Assembly (NCBI GenBank): GCA_050575255.1
Contig: JBNZDD010013726.1
Location: 9,206,618 to 9,270,617 of the forward strand
DNA length: 64,000 nt
Direction: 5' to 3'
From: Harriotta raleighana
Lineage: Eukaryota
Made by a program: the position numbers and the translations under genes
Part shown: positions 25,543 to 37,322 of the stretch, one piece after another
Layout of the letters: the number at the start of each line of letters is the position of its first letter
Position numbering within the stretch: position 1 is the stretch's first letter
The notes under the pieces: generated by a model
Told to the model about the DNA's origin: nothing
What the model saw: the letters and a program-made list of their open reading frames with translations, nothing else
Database searches by the model: none

Positions 25543-25982
25543 AAATAATAACAATAATCTTTGCATTTGATGCAGCACCTTTCATGTAGAGAGGACTCCC
25601 CAAAGGGCTTCACTGCATTTATTGTGGAGGAGTACTGTGTTTTTTGTACCAATGTAATTTTGCTGTTGTTGTCATAGCTCACAAATAGCCATGAAATGAA
25701 TGACCAATTTTATTTGGGGTATTGTTGGCCAGGAAACAGGAAGAATCTCCCTTTTCTTGTTGAATAGTGACATGGTATCTTTAACATCCTCCTGAACAGG
25801 CAGACAGAACCACGGTTTAACATCTCATCCAAAGCAAAATACATTAAACAATCCAACATACCACTAGCCTACACTGGAGTGCCAGCTTAGACTTTGTCAG
25901 TTCAATTCCCTATGTCCTGATGTGGAGCTCGAACCCATAACCTTCAGACATAGATGAGAGCCTACCACTGAGCTAGGCTGAC
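25543..25982 (-). mobile_element. Near-full-length Deu-domain SINE (SacSINE1/AmnSINE-like superfamily)
   Basis: On the minus strand: tRNA head (GCTCAGTGGTAG..GGGTTCGAGCTCC), Deu domain (GGATGAGATGTTAAACCG...GGATGTTAAAGATACCATGTCACTATTCAAC) and the tail ATCAAATGCAAAGATTATTG. Confidence 0.82.
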
Positions 25983-27299
25983 ATGAGAAGCAATTTCTCA
26001 ATTTCCTCTGTTTACCATATTTTCGTCCTACAAGCTGTCCGTCGTGAGCTGAATAGCAAAAGAGATCTGTAACATTGCCAGTAAAACACATTGATTTGTA
26101 CTGTATGTCCAAAATCAAAACGGTAATTAGTAATTTTAGACAAAAAGAAATAGAACATGAAAATAAATCATAGTTATGTAAAGCAAACGAGAAGCAAATG
26201 AAGAGACAGAAGTAAATGATTTAGTAACTAATGTGTGATTAAGCTATCTGGACTCTTTAAATTTCAAGTGCCGATCAAGAATAATCGGTATTTCTTACAA
26301 TTCAGAGATATAAATTCAGTCAAATATTTAGCCAGCAAAAATTTCTCGAAACAAAATGCAGTCACCATGTTTTACAATGGATCTTGTGAAGTGTTTTGAG
26401 ATGTTTTTCAAAATCCAAAAGTGTTAATGTATATCAAATGCAAACATTATTATTATAAATTAGATTAGAAGCTTGATTTATGTACATTGGGTCTAATATG
26501 TGGGATTTGTAATTACCATGATAGATAGGGCAATTTAACCTTATCATTACGATACACCACACACTTTGGGACCCTCACAACAAACCCCACAAAAATGCCC
26601 TAGAAGCAATACTAAAATGGTACCAACTCACTTTAACTAACATGAATAATAAATTATGTACAGTACATGCAACATTTATGAGGGGAGCATGGCCCTTCTA
26701 AAACAAAGCATTAAACATGAAGAGAGAATGTCCCATCTCTACTCATGTGACTTGGTAGCAATTATATTCTATTCCACCAAGGACATATAAATAGATGTTT
26801 TCAACTTCCATAGGTGGAAGAATATTAACTGGAACATTAAGCATCCATGTACCCAAACCCTCTAGCAGCTGATGGTAGCAGCCAAACTCTGCATTGTTGG
26901 AATTAGTTCATGGAGAAATATTAAACTGACCTGTAACAAATACACCATCAATAGTCCTATCACTTCAAAGCATCTTGAAATTGTAAAATACATGTGCTGA
27001 CACTTCGTGACCTTGTGAGTTTTATTTCAGCTAAAGGTTCGATACTCTTGTAATAACAGACTTGATGGAGATCATTTAGAAATGAAAGGAAAGCTTTGTT
27101 ATTTTACAGGAAGGAAGAAAAGTTCATGCTGTCCAGACTTCCATTACCATTCAAACTTTTGGAAGAACCCCTCATACAAACTGATAAACTATCAAAAATG
27201 CTACACTGCTGAAGTCCCTCTCTCTCTACCTGTCTCTCATAGATGCAAACAAGATTATAGAGTATATAACATCTTTGTCACATGATTTGGGGCTTGCTA

Positions 27300-27720
27300 A
27301 AGTGATATCTTACTTCGTAAAATAAGTATCCCCATATTCCCCAACATTTAACACAACCCCAATTCATATGCTTTAATCTCTTCCTCCAGCCATCTTGACC
27401 TGTAAGATTTTCTTGCAACCATTCTGTGTCTACAAAATGACACCTTCCTTCTATATACAGTGTTGGGTTGTCCTTTCCTCCCATACTTATCTGAGTTCAC
27501 CCTTGCCTCTGTGTCTCATGGGATTCCCAGGTTTGTATTGTGATTCCATTAATGACCAGCTTCATGCTTCCAATTGCCCCCATTTCATTCCCCGTCAACA
27601 TTCTCCCTCGCCATTCTCCATTCTGCCGCAGACATTTCCCTCCCATTTCATGTCAACTTCAAACTCTTCTTTTTCTTTCCTCTTCCTTTTTGCTTCACTA
27701 TTATTTTTTCTCCCTGTTAG
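27300..27720 (-). mobile_element. Very decayed CR1-like ORF2 fragment
   Basis: The minus strand has NPTLYIE.CHFVD..WLQENL and YFYEVRY-like remnants. Weak, pattern-level recognition only. Confidence 0.35.
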
Positions 27721-29409
27721 AGCTATACCAAGTGACAAGGAACATTCTTTTGCACTAATGCGAGTGGATTTTGATTGTCAGCGGTTTGCTGCTCCCGCAC
27801 ACTCCATTATACTGCAAGAGAAAGCCTGAGAGAGACAACTATAACAGCGATGAAGGGAAAAAATGGGGTGACATTCGATAGAAAGGGGGAACTTGAGTCT
27901 TTATTATGGGCCATTTGATACTGAAATAGACATAATCAGATAACAAGGTGAGTTTGTTCACAAAACATAATTCTAGAGATCTGTCAGTTATTCTTCTAAT
28001 GCAGTTGAAGATTTTTGACATGTACACAATAATAGAAAGCATTTTTCATCCAAAGGTTAGTAGTCCATGACAGGGATTAGAAAATATTAGTAATCCCAGC
28101 ACAGGCATTTCAAGTACAGTACTATTGTTCTGTACTCTAAATTGAGCAGGTAGGTGTAGAATATCAATGTGTGTTTTTGTGCAAGTGCATTGTCGGAAAC
28201 AAGCTACAGTGAGGATTGAAACATCTACTCAGAATACAGTACAGTACTTGGGTTTGCAGCAGATGCATACAATTATTCCACTGTTAATTTTCTACCCTCG
28301 AGACACAGTCATTCCACCATACCGATTGCCTAAATGAAAGAATAGGAACTCCCCTACAGGATTTTAACTATTATAGATTCAAATTTAATCCAGACTCCCA
28401 GTTTAATGTATATTTGCATGCATCGAAACACTATGTTTCACATCTTAATTGTTCCTCCAATCCATAAACCAAAGACTGAAACGCCAAGCTATCTACTATT
28501 TTTTAAAATGATGTTGTTATCTCTGTTTCTCCTAAAACCTAGGGATTGTACAGTTGCACAATGGGTTTTGAGCCTGTATTACAGCAATAAAAAACATGCT
28601 GAAAGAATATGAAGGGTCTGCATTGATTTTATGGAAAATAATGTATGGGAAATCGATGATGGGATTACAAAAAAAAAGGCACCTGTATTGTTAACTCGAG
28701 TGGACGAAAAACTTTAGATCTTGTTATGGAATCAGACTGCTGAGTAGGTGTAAAACTGAGTGAGAGATTTAGAATAGATAGAAATACGTGATGTGCAATA
28801 TTATGACTATTGTCCAGAGGCATTTTCTAATGGAAATTCCTAAGCGGCTGGTATATAATTTCTGATTCATGAATAAATCTACCGAATTTGGAGAAGACCT
28901 GAAAATGAATGAGTTTTCACAATGAAATCTAGCCCCTGGTGCCTTATTGAGATTTTACATTTCGTCCTCCTAACCTTCCCCCATCTGCCACTTGTTTTTT
29001 CAGCTAAATATCCTTGTCAGACAGAACAGCCTGTGGCACTAATTTCCTCACAGTCCACCAAATAAGACAATGCCCAAGTTGATTATCATGGGAACCTTTA
29101 TCAGAACATCCAATAATTATATGCAGAATAAAATGCCACCAATACGTGTGCACTCAACTATCCATCACATTTGATAACTTGCCATAACATGGCAGATGAC
29201 TTTCTATACCTTCCATATCATATGGTAAACACGAATTAAATATCTAGCCAGCAATCATATCTACATATATTAATAGTTACCATCAGTATTGCTTTTCAAC
29301 AACAACAAATGACATTTGTATAGCGCCTTTCAAGTCGGAACAATGTCCCAAGGCGCTGAAACATACCAAACCACCACTTGCTTTCCCCACTGTTTGTTTA
29401 GGAATCTTA

Positions 29410-29770
29410 AGCTCAAGTTGATTGCACTCTCACTTCTGAATCAGAAGGTTGTGGGTTCAAGCCTCCAAGTTAGGACATAGAGCTCATAGTCTAAGCTGAC
29501 ACTCCAGCAGGAGCCCACCTTGTTGATGTTCATCCTTCAGATGAGACATTAAACCCAAGATGCACATTAAAGATCCCACAGCACTATTTGAGAAACAAAG
29601 GGAATTTCTCCTAGTTTACTGGCTTCCAGATAGTCTTCCTGCTGCTTGTGGGACATGCTGTGCAACTTGGCTGTTAAATCTGCCTAAAAATACTGTCTTT
29701 GCAGTAAATCCTATAAAGGGATATTCTGCTGATGTGATAAGGTGATATATCAAATGCCAGGATTTTTATT
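29410..29770 (+). mobile_element. Deu-domain SINE
   Basis: CTGAATCAGAAGGTTGTGGGTTCAAGCC head, CTTCAGATGAGACATTAAACC...CATTAAAGATCCCACAGCACTATTTGAG Deu domain, and the tail GATATATCAAATGCCAGGATT. Confidence 0.82.
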
Positions 29771-29904
29771 CTGAATAGATTTCTTCGACAGACTGTTCTC
29801 TGCAGGGGGCAATCAATTAGCTGTAATATAAAATGGATTTACAAAACAAATAAGAAACAGATTGATCTTTAGTCTGTGAAGTCTATTCTCCCTCCTGTAG
29901 TATA

Positions 29905-30760
29905 TTACTAAAGGGGCCAGGGAGAGGGCGGGAAAAAGGTGACCAAAAGCGTGGTCGAGAAGAAAGGTTTTCAGCTATGACCTGAAAATGGGAAAAGAGG
30001 GGGTGAGGCGAAGGGAGTGAGGAAGGGAGTTCCAGAGCCTCGGGGTGGAGTGGCTGTGTTGCGGAATAAGGGCGAAGGGTTAATATAACGTGTGATTGAG
30101 CATTAGTCCCCTGCGAGTCTATCCTTGTCAAATTGTTGCTATGCGAATTGTTGACTCGTAAGGGAGTGATTTCGTCTGGTGAACCAGATAAGAGAGTAAA
30201 TGGGACATAACAGGAGATAGAGTACATGGGAGAGGAATCTGGGCAAGGTTCACGTGAACAGGGCGGGATCAAAGGGGCTTAAAGAAAGCAAGGAAAGGTG
30301 GCAAGGCAGTTCGGAGCAAGGAAAAGCTGATGGAAGAGCTGGGAGTGAGACAGCCACCCGAACTCAAGAGAAGTTGATGGAAGAGCTGTGAGCGAGACAG
30401 CCATTCGTGTTTGCAAGAGAAGTCAAAGAGAAGATTCCGCCGGGTAGTATATTTCTGTAACAATGTGTTTACGTGTTTAGAATAATAGGCTCTTAAACTT
30501 AGTGTCAACTTAATCAGTATACCTAAATAAAGGATCTGCTTTTAATATAAGGAATAGAGGCTGGCTGTAACCTTATTTCCAAACTAAAATAAAGAGATAT
30601 CTTGATCTCTAACAGCTGAAGGCATAGCTGCCGACGGTGGAACAGAGGATTTGATGGACTAGGAGGGCACAGACCTGGTAGAGCGAAGGCAACGGGTACT
30701 GTTGTGAGGAGAGAGGAGGTCAGAGAGGTAGAGGGGTGCAGAGGAGTGGAGGAATTTGAA
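29905..30760 (-). mobile_element. L2 LINE 3' region split by a solo LTR (L2 parts 29905-30056 and 30615-30760)
   Basis: The two parts join seamlessly as GGGAGTTCCAGAG..TGGCTG|AAGGC..GGTGGAAC. The minus strand encodes FKFLHSSAPLYLSDLLSPHNSTRCLRS, the L2 ORF2 C-terminus. Confidence 0.8.
30057..30614 (+). mobile_element. Solo LTR, 558 bp, with 4-bp TSD GCTG
   Basis: TGTT...AACA termini, GCTG on both sides, AATAAA near the 3' end, and an internal ~37-bp direct repeat (30321-30357 / 30368-30404). Confidence 0.85.
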
Positions 30761-30795
30761 TTTCATTGTTGTTGAAATAATTAATTGAATTATTT

Positions 30796-30925
30796 CAACA
30801 ACAATAAAATTACATGTGTAAACTTCCTTTACCGTTGGGAGCACGTCCCAAGACGCTCGACAGTCAGTGTTTCAGACCCGAGCTGGAGTCGGGATCGGGG
30901 AGGGTGGAGGGAAGGGAAGGGAAAC
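30796..30925 (-). mobile_element. L2-type LINE 3' end
   Basis: CAACAACAAT..GGGAGCACGTCCCAAGACGCTCGACAG..CAGACCCGAGCTG, the same family as 551-690. Confidence 0.72.
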
Positions 30926-31508
30926 AATTTTCTCCCACTCAAGGAATGGGAGCAGGAAAAGTTTTTTTCTGTAAATTTTCACAACTATCCAGCATAAATA
31001 TACTGTATATATACACATATATATATATATAATAAATGACACTGTTTTACTGTGCCAACAGTAAAGTGAAACATTTGTTATATAGTGGCTAGACTTATAT
31101 TCAGAAACATAATCAATTTGTTAAATCAATGATGCTCTTTTCATGTTAGCAGAACATTGTATTTACTGTCAGGAGATAACTTTTTCCGTTGCACAATTTC
31201 TTGCGTTGTTCAATAAAAATAGATTAACTGAAATGAAAAAGGTTTTATATTGCAATTAATTTAACTTGATTTAGTTTGGTGGATTGATACAGCAACAAAA
31301 GCACACTGCAGGCGATTTCTCTGCTTGGCTCTGTTATTGAGCTAAAGAATCTGATAAATGTGTTAATTTGGATGAAAAAGTATTCATGTGAACAAGCAAA
31401 ATATGAAACGAAGTATAGTGAACATCAACAACAACTTGCATTTATACAGTGCCCTTTATGAGAGTGAATGCCTCAGAGTGTCTAGCTTTGTTCAATATCT
31501 GTAGCTTG

Positions 31509-31613
31509 GAGTTCTGTAGCTTAGTGGTTTGAGCATTCGCCTCATAAGCGAGAAACCTGGGTTTAATTCCTGGCAGCTCGAAATGTTGAGCAAGTTTCCT
31601 TACTCCACATGCC
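31509..31613 (+). mobile_element. tRNA-SINE 5' head
   Basis: GGAGTTCTGTAGCTTAGTGGTTTGAGCATTCGCCTCATAAGCGAGAAACCTGGGTTTAATTCC...AAGTTTCCTTACTCCAC, with A and B boxes. Confidence 0.8.
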
Positions 31614-33789
31614 ACAGTTTACCAAGGAAGTGGGAATCTGATTGGCGGATCGCTTTTCCAGAGGTAATAATTCCTTCAAAAAGAACAATAATTTGGTTAC
31701 TCAATCCACAATGGGATGAGAGACAGCTAGCACACTCCTTTCCTCTCTGGAACCTGTGTATGAAATGAGTTTAAATTTAGAGCAGAAGTATTGTAACTCT
31801 GCCAGCTATAAAGACTTCACATGAAATAAACTCTGAGAGATTCAGAAGATCAAAAGGTGCCATGGATAACATTCAGTAGTTCATTATTAAATGCTCAGGC
31901 TTGTTTACAAAGACCGAAGGGTGGGTATATTTTCAGAACAGACTGTTAATCTTAAAGCACACAAGGATCGATTTTAGTTCACACCATTCAATATCAATAC
32001 TATAAGTTAAGGGAAATCACATCAAATATACCATTTCCCTGAGTTCCGTGAAAGCTGCAGTTTTAATTGCACTTGAAATATTGTAATAATGCTGGAGATT
32101 GAAGCATTGTGACAGCTTTTGCTCCAAGAACAGAAGCAATTATGGAGGGGGCCACACAGTGAGCTGGAGTGAACTGCCAGCTCGCCGTTGCCAGAGATGT
32201 AACACAAAATTATTTGAAATTCGTGCTCCTGCCTTAGAATCTACTCTTTCCAAAACGTAATGCGGCCACATCTAACTCAATCTGCTAGTTTTCTTCTCAT
32301 TTCCTCTTGCTATTTTCTACCACTATTGTCTTCACTGACAAGGACTTCCCATTCATGTCATCTGTGTTGCACAAGCAAAAGTTAAATTCAAGCGGATTAA
32401 TTCAACCGGAATATTTTCCAAATGGTGCCATCTTATAGCATTAAACATTACAGAGCTGGACAGCAAACCATGATTTGTAATGCCAGCCAGCACAAATCAT
32501 CTACAGCAAAACCAACGAGTTGAAAGCTTATTATTTGCATTGCTGTAGGGACATTCATTGGCGACATAGGTGATTTGTGCTGGCCAGCAATACAATGGGA
32601 ACTCTTACATAAATGCAACTTGTCGCTGTAATGACAGCCCAACACAAATCACCTTCTTTGACAACGGGCGCACTTGCAACTTGGTCATTTTTAAACCCCT
32701 CCTGAAATGGTGCGACAGAGCCCTGGTTAAAACTAACCCTCCAAGTTCATAGAGCAGCATTCAAAATGCTTCAAAGAGCACATTCGACAATTCATTCTTA
32801 TAACTTGACACATATTAAAGTAAAACAAATCAGCATGATAATAACATGGTCGCTTGTGGATCACTGATGTACACAAGATGGTTATGTCACGTTTGTAAAG
32901 TCATAAGAATAAATTGTTGATTCTGAACTGTTGCTAGTAATTAAAGTGATATTTATCGCGCTTTTTTCTTTAGCTAGGTGGTGAATATTGAATAAAAACA
33001 ATTATGTGCCAGAAATGTTTGCCTTGAAGAATATCAACAGAAACAAAGTAAGTTGTAGGTTAGACTGAAATATTTGCTTTAAAACCATTTAAATTTAGTT
33101 TACAAGTACAGTACAAAGGCCTGTTACTTCCCTAAATCACACTCAATGCATCTGGCAGTCCAAACTATGTGTAGGGAAGTTATCCAATCTAGGAAAAAAT
33201 GACACGTCAATAATTTGCTACAAATCCAACCATTCCGATAGATGTTCTGAATCATCTGTCAACTGGAGCTGGAGGAATGAAGTCTTTTTTTTTAAAAAAA
33301 GTGTCAGTGGATGCATTAACTTTCTTCCTTCTCCAGGTTCAGGTAATTATCACTGTTAAATTATTTTGATCGAACAACTTGCAACAGAAAATAAAATTCT
33401 ACGCATGATTGGTACGCGCAATAGCAATTATTTTATCTGTTTGAATATTTTCTGGTGAAACTGCAGCAGAAATGGCCGCCTCTGCTGAAATTTGAAACCA
33501 CCGAAAGCAATTTTAGATTAGATACCAGGAAAGCCAGGATAAACCGACAGCTGGAACAGTGACCGGAAAGCATAGCAGCAGTCGCAATGCTGAAGTCATT
33601 GAGGAAACAATTTGATTCTGCAATTGGAACACAGTACGTTTGGTATTGGAAGTGAGGATACAGTAATATTCACACACCATTACGACCATCTCCACTGACC
33701 CAAGAAGGTCAGTAAAAGTACCAATGTCTGAAGCTTGAATAAATTGAGTTAAGAATTTTGTTCAACACGATTCCATTTAGATACTGTGG

Positions 33790-34066
33790 CACCTTTCACT
33801 AGGGAGAACCTGGAGGACGTTCAAGGCGCTGGACAGAGAGTGTCCCAGACCCGAGCTGAGGGTTGGGATTGGGGATGTTGGAGGGCAGAGGGAGAAGGAG
33901 CTTGATCGAAAGCACGGTCAAAGAGGAGGGTCTTGAAGAAGGCTTAGGGATGGGGCGATGCAGAGGGACGGCGGGAGGGAATTCCAGCAGGTGCGGGCAA
34001 AATGGCTGAAGACCTTCCCCGCCAATAGTGGGACAGGCGAGAATGGCGGCATGGGCAGGAGAACAA
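33790..34066 (-). mobile_element. L2 LINE 3' region
   Basis: GGAGGACGTTCAAGGCGCTGGACAG..CCAGACCCGAGCTG..GAGGGTCTTGAAGAAGGC..GGGAATTCCAG..TGGCTGAAG. Confidence 0.75.
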
Positions 34067-34168
34067 GAATTCTTTGAAAAAAAAAAAAACTAAAATTGGC
34101 GACTTGAATAGTTCCACATTCGAAGTTACACGCGAATTTATGAGGTTGGAAGTGATCTCTGAACTTAC

Positions 34169-34257
34169 CAAGGTGATCCAGGGACAGGAGTAGAAGCCAC
34201 TGGTTTCTTCTGGCGACATACTGCTTCTTGTACGTTTATTTTTCTCTTTGAATTTTT
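34169..34257 (-). CDS. TCERG1L: TCERG1L coding exon (KNSKRKINVQEAVCRQKKPVASTPVPGSP(W)), 89 bp
   Basis: aaaattcag|AAAAATTCA...TCACCTTG|gtaagt. KPVASTPVPGSPW precedes the WW domain in TCERG1L, and the split TG|G codon joins exon 18993-19147. Confidence 0.94.
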
Positions 34258-35260
34258 CTGAATTTTGGTTAAGAAAATCGGAACGTTAACATTTTGGAAA
34301 TCCAACAACAGTTAACACAATTTATGAAGCTCTTTCTCAGGTACCAGCCAAACAATAAATCTAGGACACGAATCTCAGAATATGATCCGTTTAACAGGTT
34401 TTCACTGTCTGGCAATCCTTTACTTTGTGAGTAAACCTTCACGTCTGACTCTATAAAATGTTGTGTTGAAGTTCATATACTCATGGCAGTTGCAGTGTCA
34501 CTATTTTCTAAGTACTTTGTAGACTGTTTTCTACTGTTAAATGGGTTTGAAGACAGTCGGGCAGAATGTGAGAGATTTACTTTCTTACTGTCTGATACCT
34601 TATACAGTACCTCTTCTATTATAACGATTCTCTTCTATAATAATGCAGCTGTTTTAGCATTTTAATGGTAAGTATGACTCACTTCACACACAGTATATAT
34701 ATTATGACAATATGAGGTGAAATAACAACTTGGAAATCTCAATAGACTTGAAGGTTTGAAATGACTGATTATTTTGTGAGAACTGGAACTGTAGACTTTA
34801 TGTGCATCTTAAATCTGACAATTCTCACAGCAGATATTTTCCTTTCATTGTCAAACTCTTTAAACTGGCTCAGCCACCACCATCATCAGGTCAATCTGTA
34901 ATGTTTTTATTCTGGTATTCAAATCCAACTTATTGCCAGCGTTAACAATGTGTTTAATTTAAGTGATATATTGTAATTTAGTGTTCATGATTATCTCAAC
35001 GTAGCGTTGCTTAGAAGCCTAGAGTTTATGGAATGAAGCAAGTAATTGGTTTAAAATATCCAATAGCTTTGACATTGCTATTGATATACNGTTTAATTTA
35101 AGTGATATATTGTAATTTAGTGTTCATGATTATCTCAACGCAGCGTTGCTTAGAAGCCTAGAGTTTATGGAATGAAGCAAGTAATTGGTTTAAAATATCC
35201 AATAGCTTTGACATTGCTATTGATATACAGATAGATATGAATAAGAGTAAACAAACAAAC

Positions 35261-35352
35261 CTCTTCTCCGTGGTCACTGGACCCTGTTTTCTCTGTAGAA
35301 ATAACTTTGGATACTCCAGTGCAGAAAGCTTCACTGGACTGTATTCCTTTAT
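35261..35352 (-). CDS. TCERG1L: Probable TCERG1L coding exon ((D)KGIQSSEAFCTGVSKVISTEKTGSSDHGEE), 92 bp
   Basis: ttgttcaatttatag|ATAAAGG...GAAGAG|gtttgt. Open frame, phase 1 in and 0 out, ~1 kb upstream of the next exon. It encodes a poorly conserved linker, so the call rests on splice signals, phase and position. Confidence 0.7.
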
Positions 35353-36796
35353 CTATAAATTGAACAAAATACATGTTGTGTTTGGATATCATAAGAGCAG
35401 AATATTTGTCTTACTTCTTTTGGTTATACTGTACCTGGCAATCCAGTTTGGTTAAATGGTCTATTAGCTATCCATTTACACATTATGGGGTACAACCTGA
35501 TGTATTCTTAAACACATACACTGCTTGTTTTGAGGAACAAGATTAAAATACATTTTGAAACCTCCATCACCCTGACTTCTGAGCAAGGGTAGCTACAAAC
35601 CTGCTTGTATGATTGCTGCAAATATTTACCATTGGGGAATCCTTTCTATAATCTACTCATTGATGGAAAAAAGGACAATTGTATTATCAATAATGAAACA
35701 TTTAAACATTTTTTTAAATTGTTCATCGCTTTGATGTGTACGAGTTGCAAACAAAGTTGCCAACGGGCCTAGTGGGAGTCGAATTCTGACACTATTATTA
35801 GTTGATTTGACAAGAAAAGACTTGATTTTGAATCTCTCCTATGACACAAGTTCACTACCATCAATCAAAGTGCAAGTAAACAAAATAAACAGTCCTATAA
35901 TCAAATCAAATTACATTAATTTTGTTCTTCAACTTGCTAATTATTGAGCTTCAGTTTTAATTCATCACAAAGCTTTACAAGCAACAGCAAAATATTGGAA
36001 GTACTGTAATTTCATTTTAAATAAACATTTGACATCAACATCTAATAGCTGCAAGGCCCTGTAGTTGTGGATCTTATAATTTTAATTTAAGTGTATATTG
36101 TATATATATTCAGCAAATAATCACACATTCTCCAATTTCTCACAAGTATGCTTGTATTTCAATGGAATCACAATCAGTAAGCCAAATTTACGGGATAAAA
36201 ACAATTCTATAGGTGCTATACGATATATTTTAAAAATTCTTAAGGCAGTTTTACCTTAAAGAAATCTTTAGGGGGGTAACGTCAATAATCAGGAAGCTTT
36301 CCTTGTTACCAGGTATATATTTTGCATTGTCTAATAATAACATCCGTTGACAAGTCTAATCGATCCAGAGAAACAGAACTGGACTAAGATTTGAATCCCA
36401 ATCTTAGCCATCGTTTGAACTTGTGCATCTTCTGCCAGTGAATGATATTGTCTCAAGGCTTGGTTTACGAGATGGAGTGCTTTGTGCTGACAATGATGGA
36501 GCAGCAGCACCTTAAGGGAAGAAAAAAAAAATTGTCATGGAGATCTATCTCCCTCTATGAAGCAGACCTTGCCAGTTGATACAGAAGGACACTGGCAGAG
36601 ATACGGAGGCAGTTTGCAAGTCAGAATATTCTTCCCTTGCACCTCAACAAGTCAGGAAGATGAAAGACAGCAAATGTAATATTTAAGCAAAATAAAAATA
36701 CAGGACCCAATAATTCTTTATTTGTGTACAAGTATCATTCAACACGAAGTCTCAGTGCAATTTTACAGCTCAAGAAATTTTACAGCTTTATAGAGT

Positions 36797-36903
36797 TTCG
36801 CCCACAAATATACAGTCATCTCACTTTACGGTACATTCTGTGAAGCATTTTGAGACGTCTAGAAGATGTGGAAAGCGCTAAATCAAATGCAAGGATTATT
36901 ATT
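36797..36903 (+). mobile_element. tRNA-SINE 3' fragment
   Basis: TTCGCCCACAAATATACAGTC...GAAAGCGCTAAATCAAATGCAAGGATTATT. Confidence 0.85.
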
Positions 36904-37088
36904 TTATATTATTATACACTGCTGCTTGTGGCATAATTTCCTTCCACTATTTGGGGTTTTCAGGATTTACGATTCTGGTGAATTCTTCTACTTCTTCTTC
37001 ATCTTCTTCTTATTACGAATTCCATCCATCTGCGTGAAAATATCTGGATAACCAGAGGTAGATATCTGTACAGATTCTTCTCACTATA

Positions 37089-37322
37089 CAGTAAAACATT
37101 CGTTATCCCACACCCTCAGGCCCGTCTAATCAAATATGCCAGATATTCGAGCAGCAAGTTGCTGAAAATCCTAGAGAAAAAAATAACTTGTTTAAAACAT
37201 ACCATATTAATAATAGACTAAGTAATAACAGAATATTGTATGGATACTTACCAATAAATTGGGAGATACCGGTAGGTTGAGTGTGCCAGTTGGTTGGGTA
37301 CTGGATAAACAAGGTTTTACTG
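37089..37322. mobile_element. Tigger-type MITE, about 234 bp
   Basis: TA|CAGTAAAACATTCGTTATCC ... GGATAAACAAGGTTTTACTG. The interior ACATACCATATTAATAAT..CTAA.TAATAACAGAATATT is shared with 62517-62560. Confidence 0.78.

Noticed and set aside
27395-27829. Longest ORF in the track (144 aa)
   Set aside because: Pyrimidine-rich antisense read of a decayed repeat; no domain and no splice support.
34952-35228. 138-bp tandem duplication near an exon
   Set aside because: Split by an n at 35090 with one SNP; assembly artefact.
36970-37066. Possible extra minus-strand exon (tgtacag acceptor, GAA-rich)
   Set aside because: It runs into stop codons, has no good donor and no TCERG1L similarity; (CTT)n low complexity explains it.
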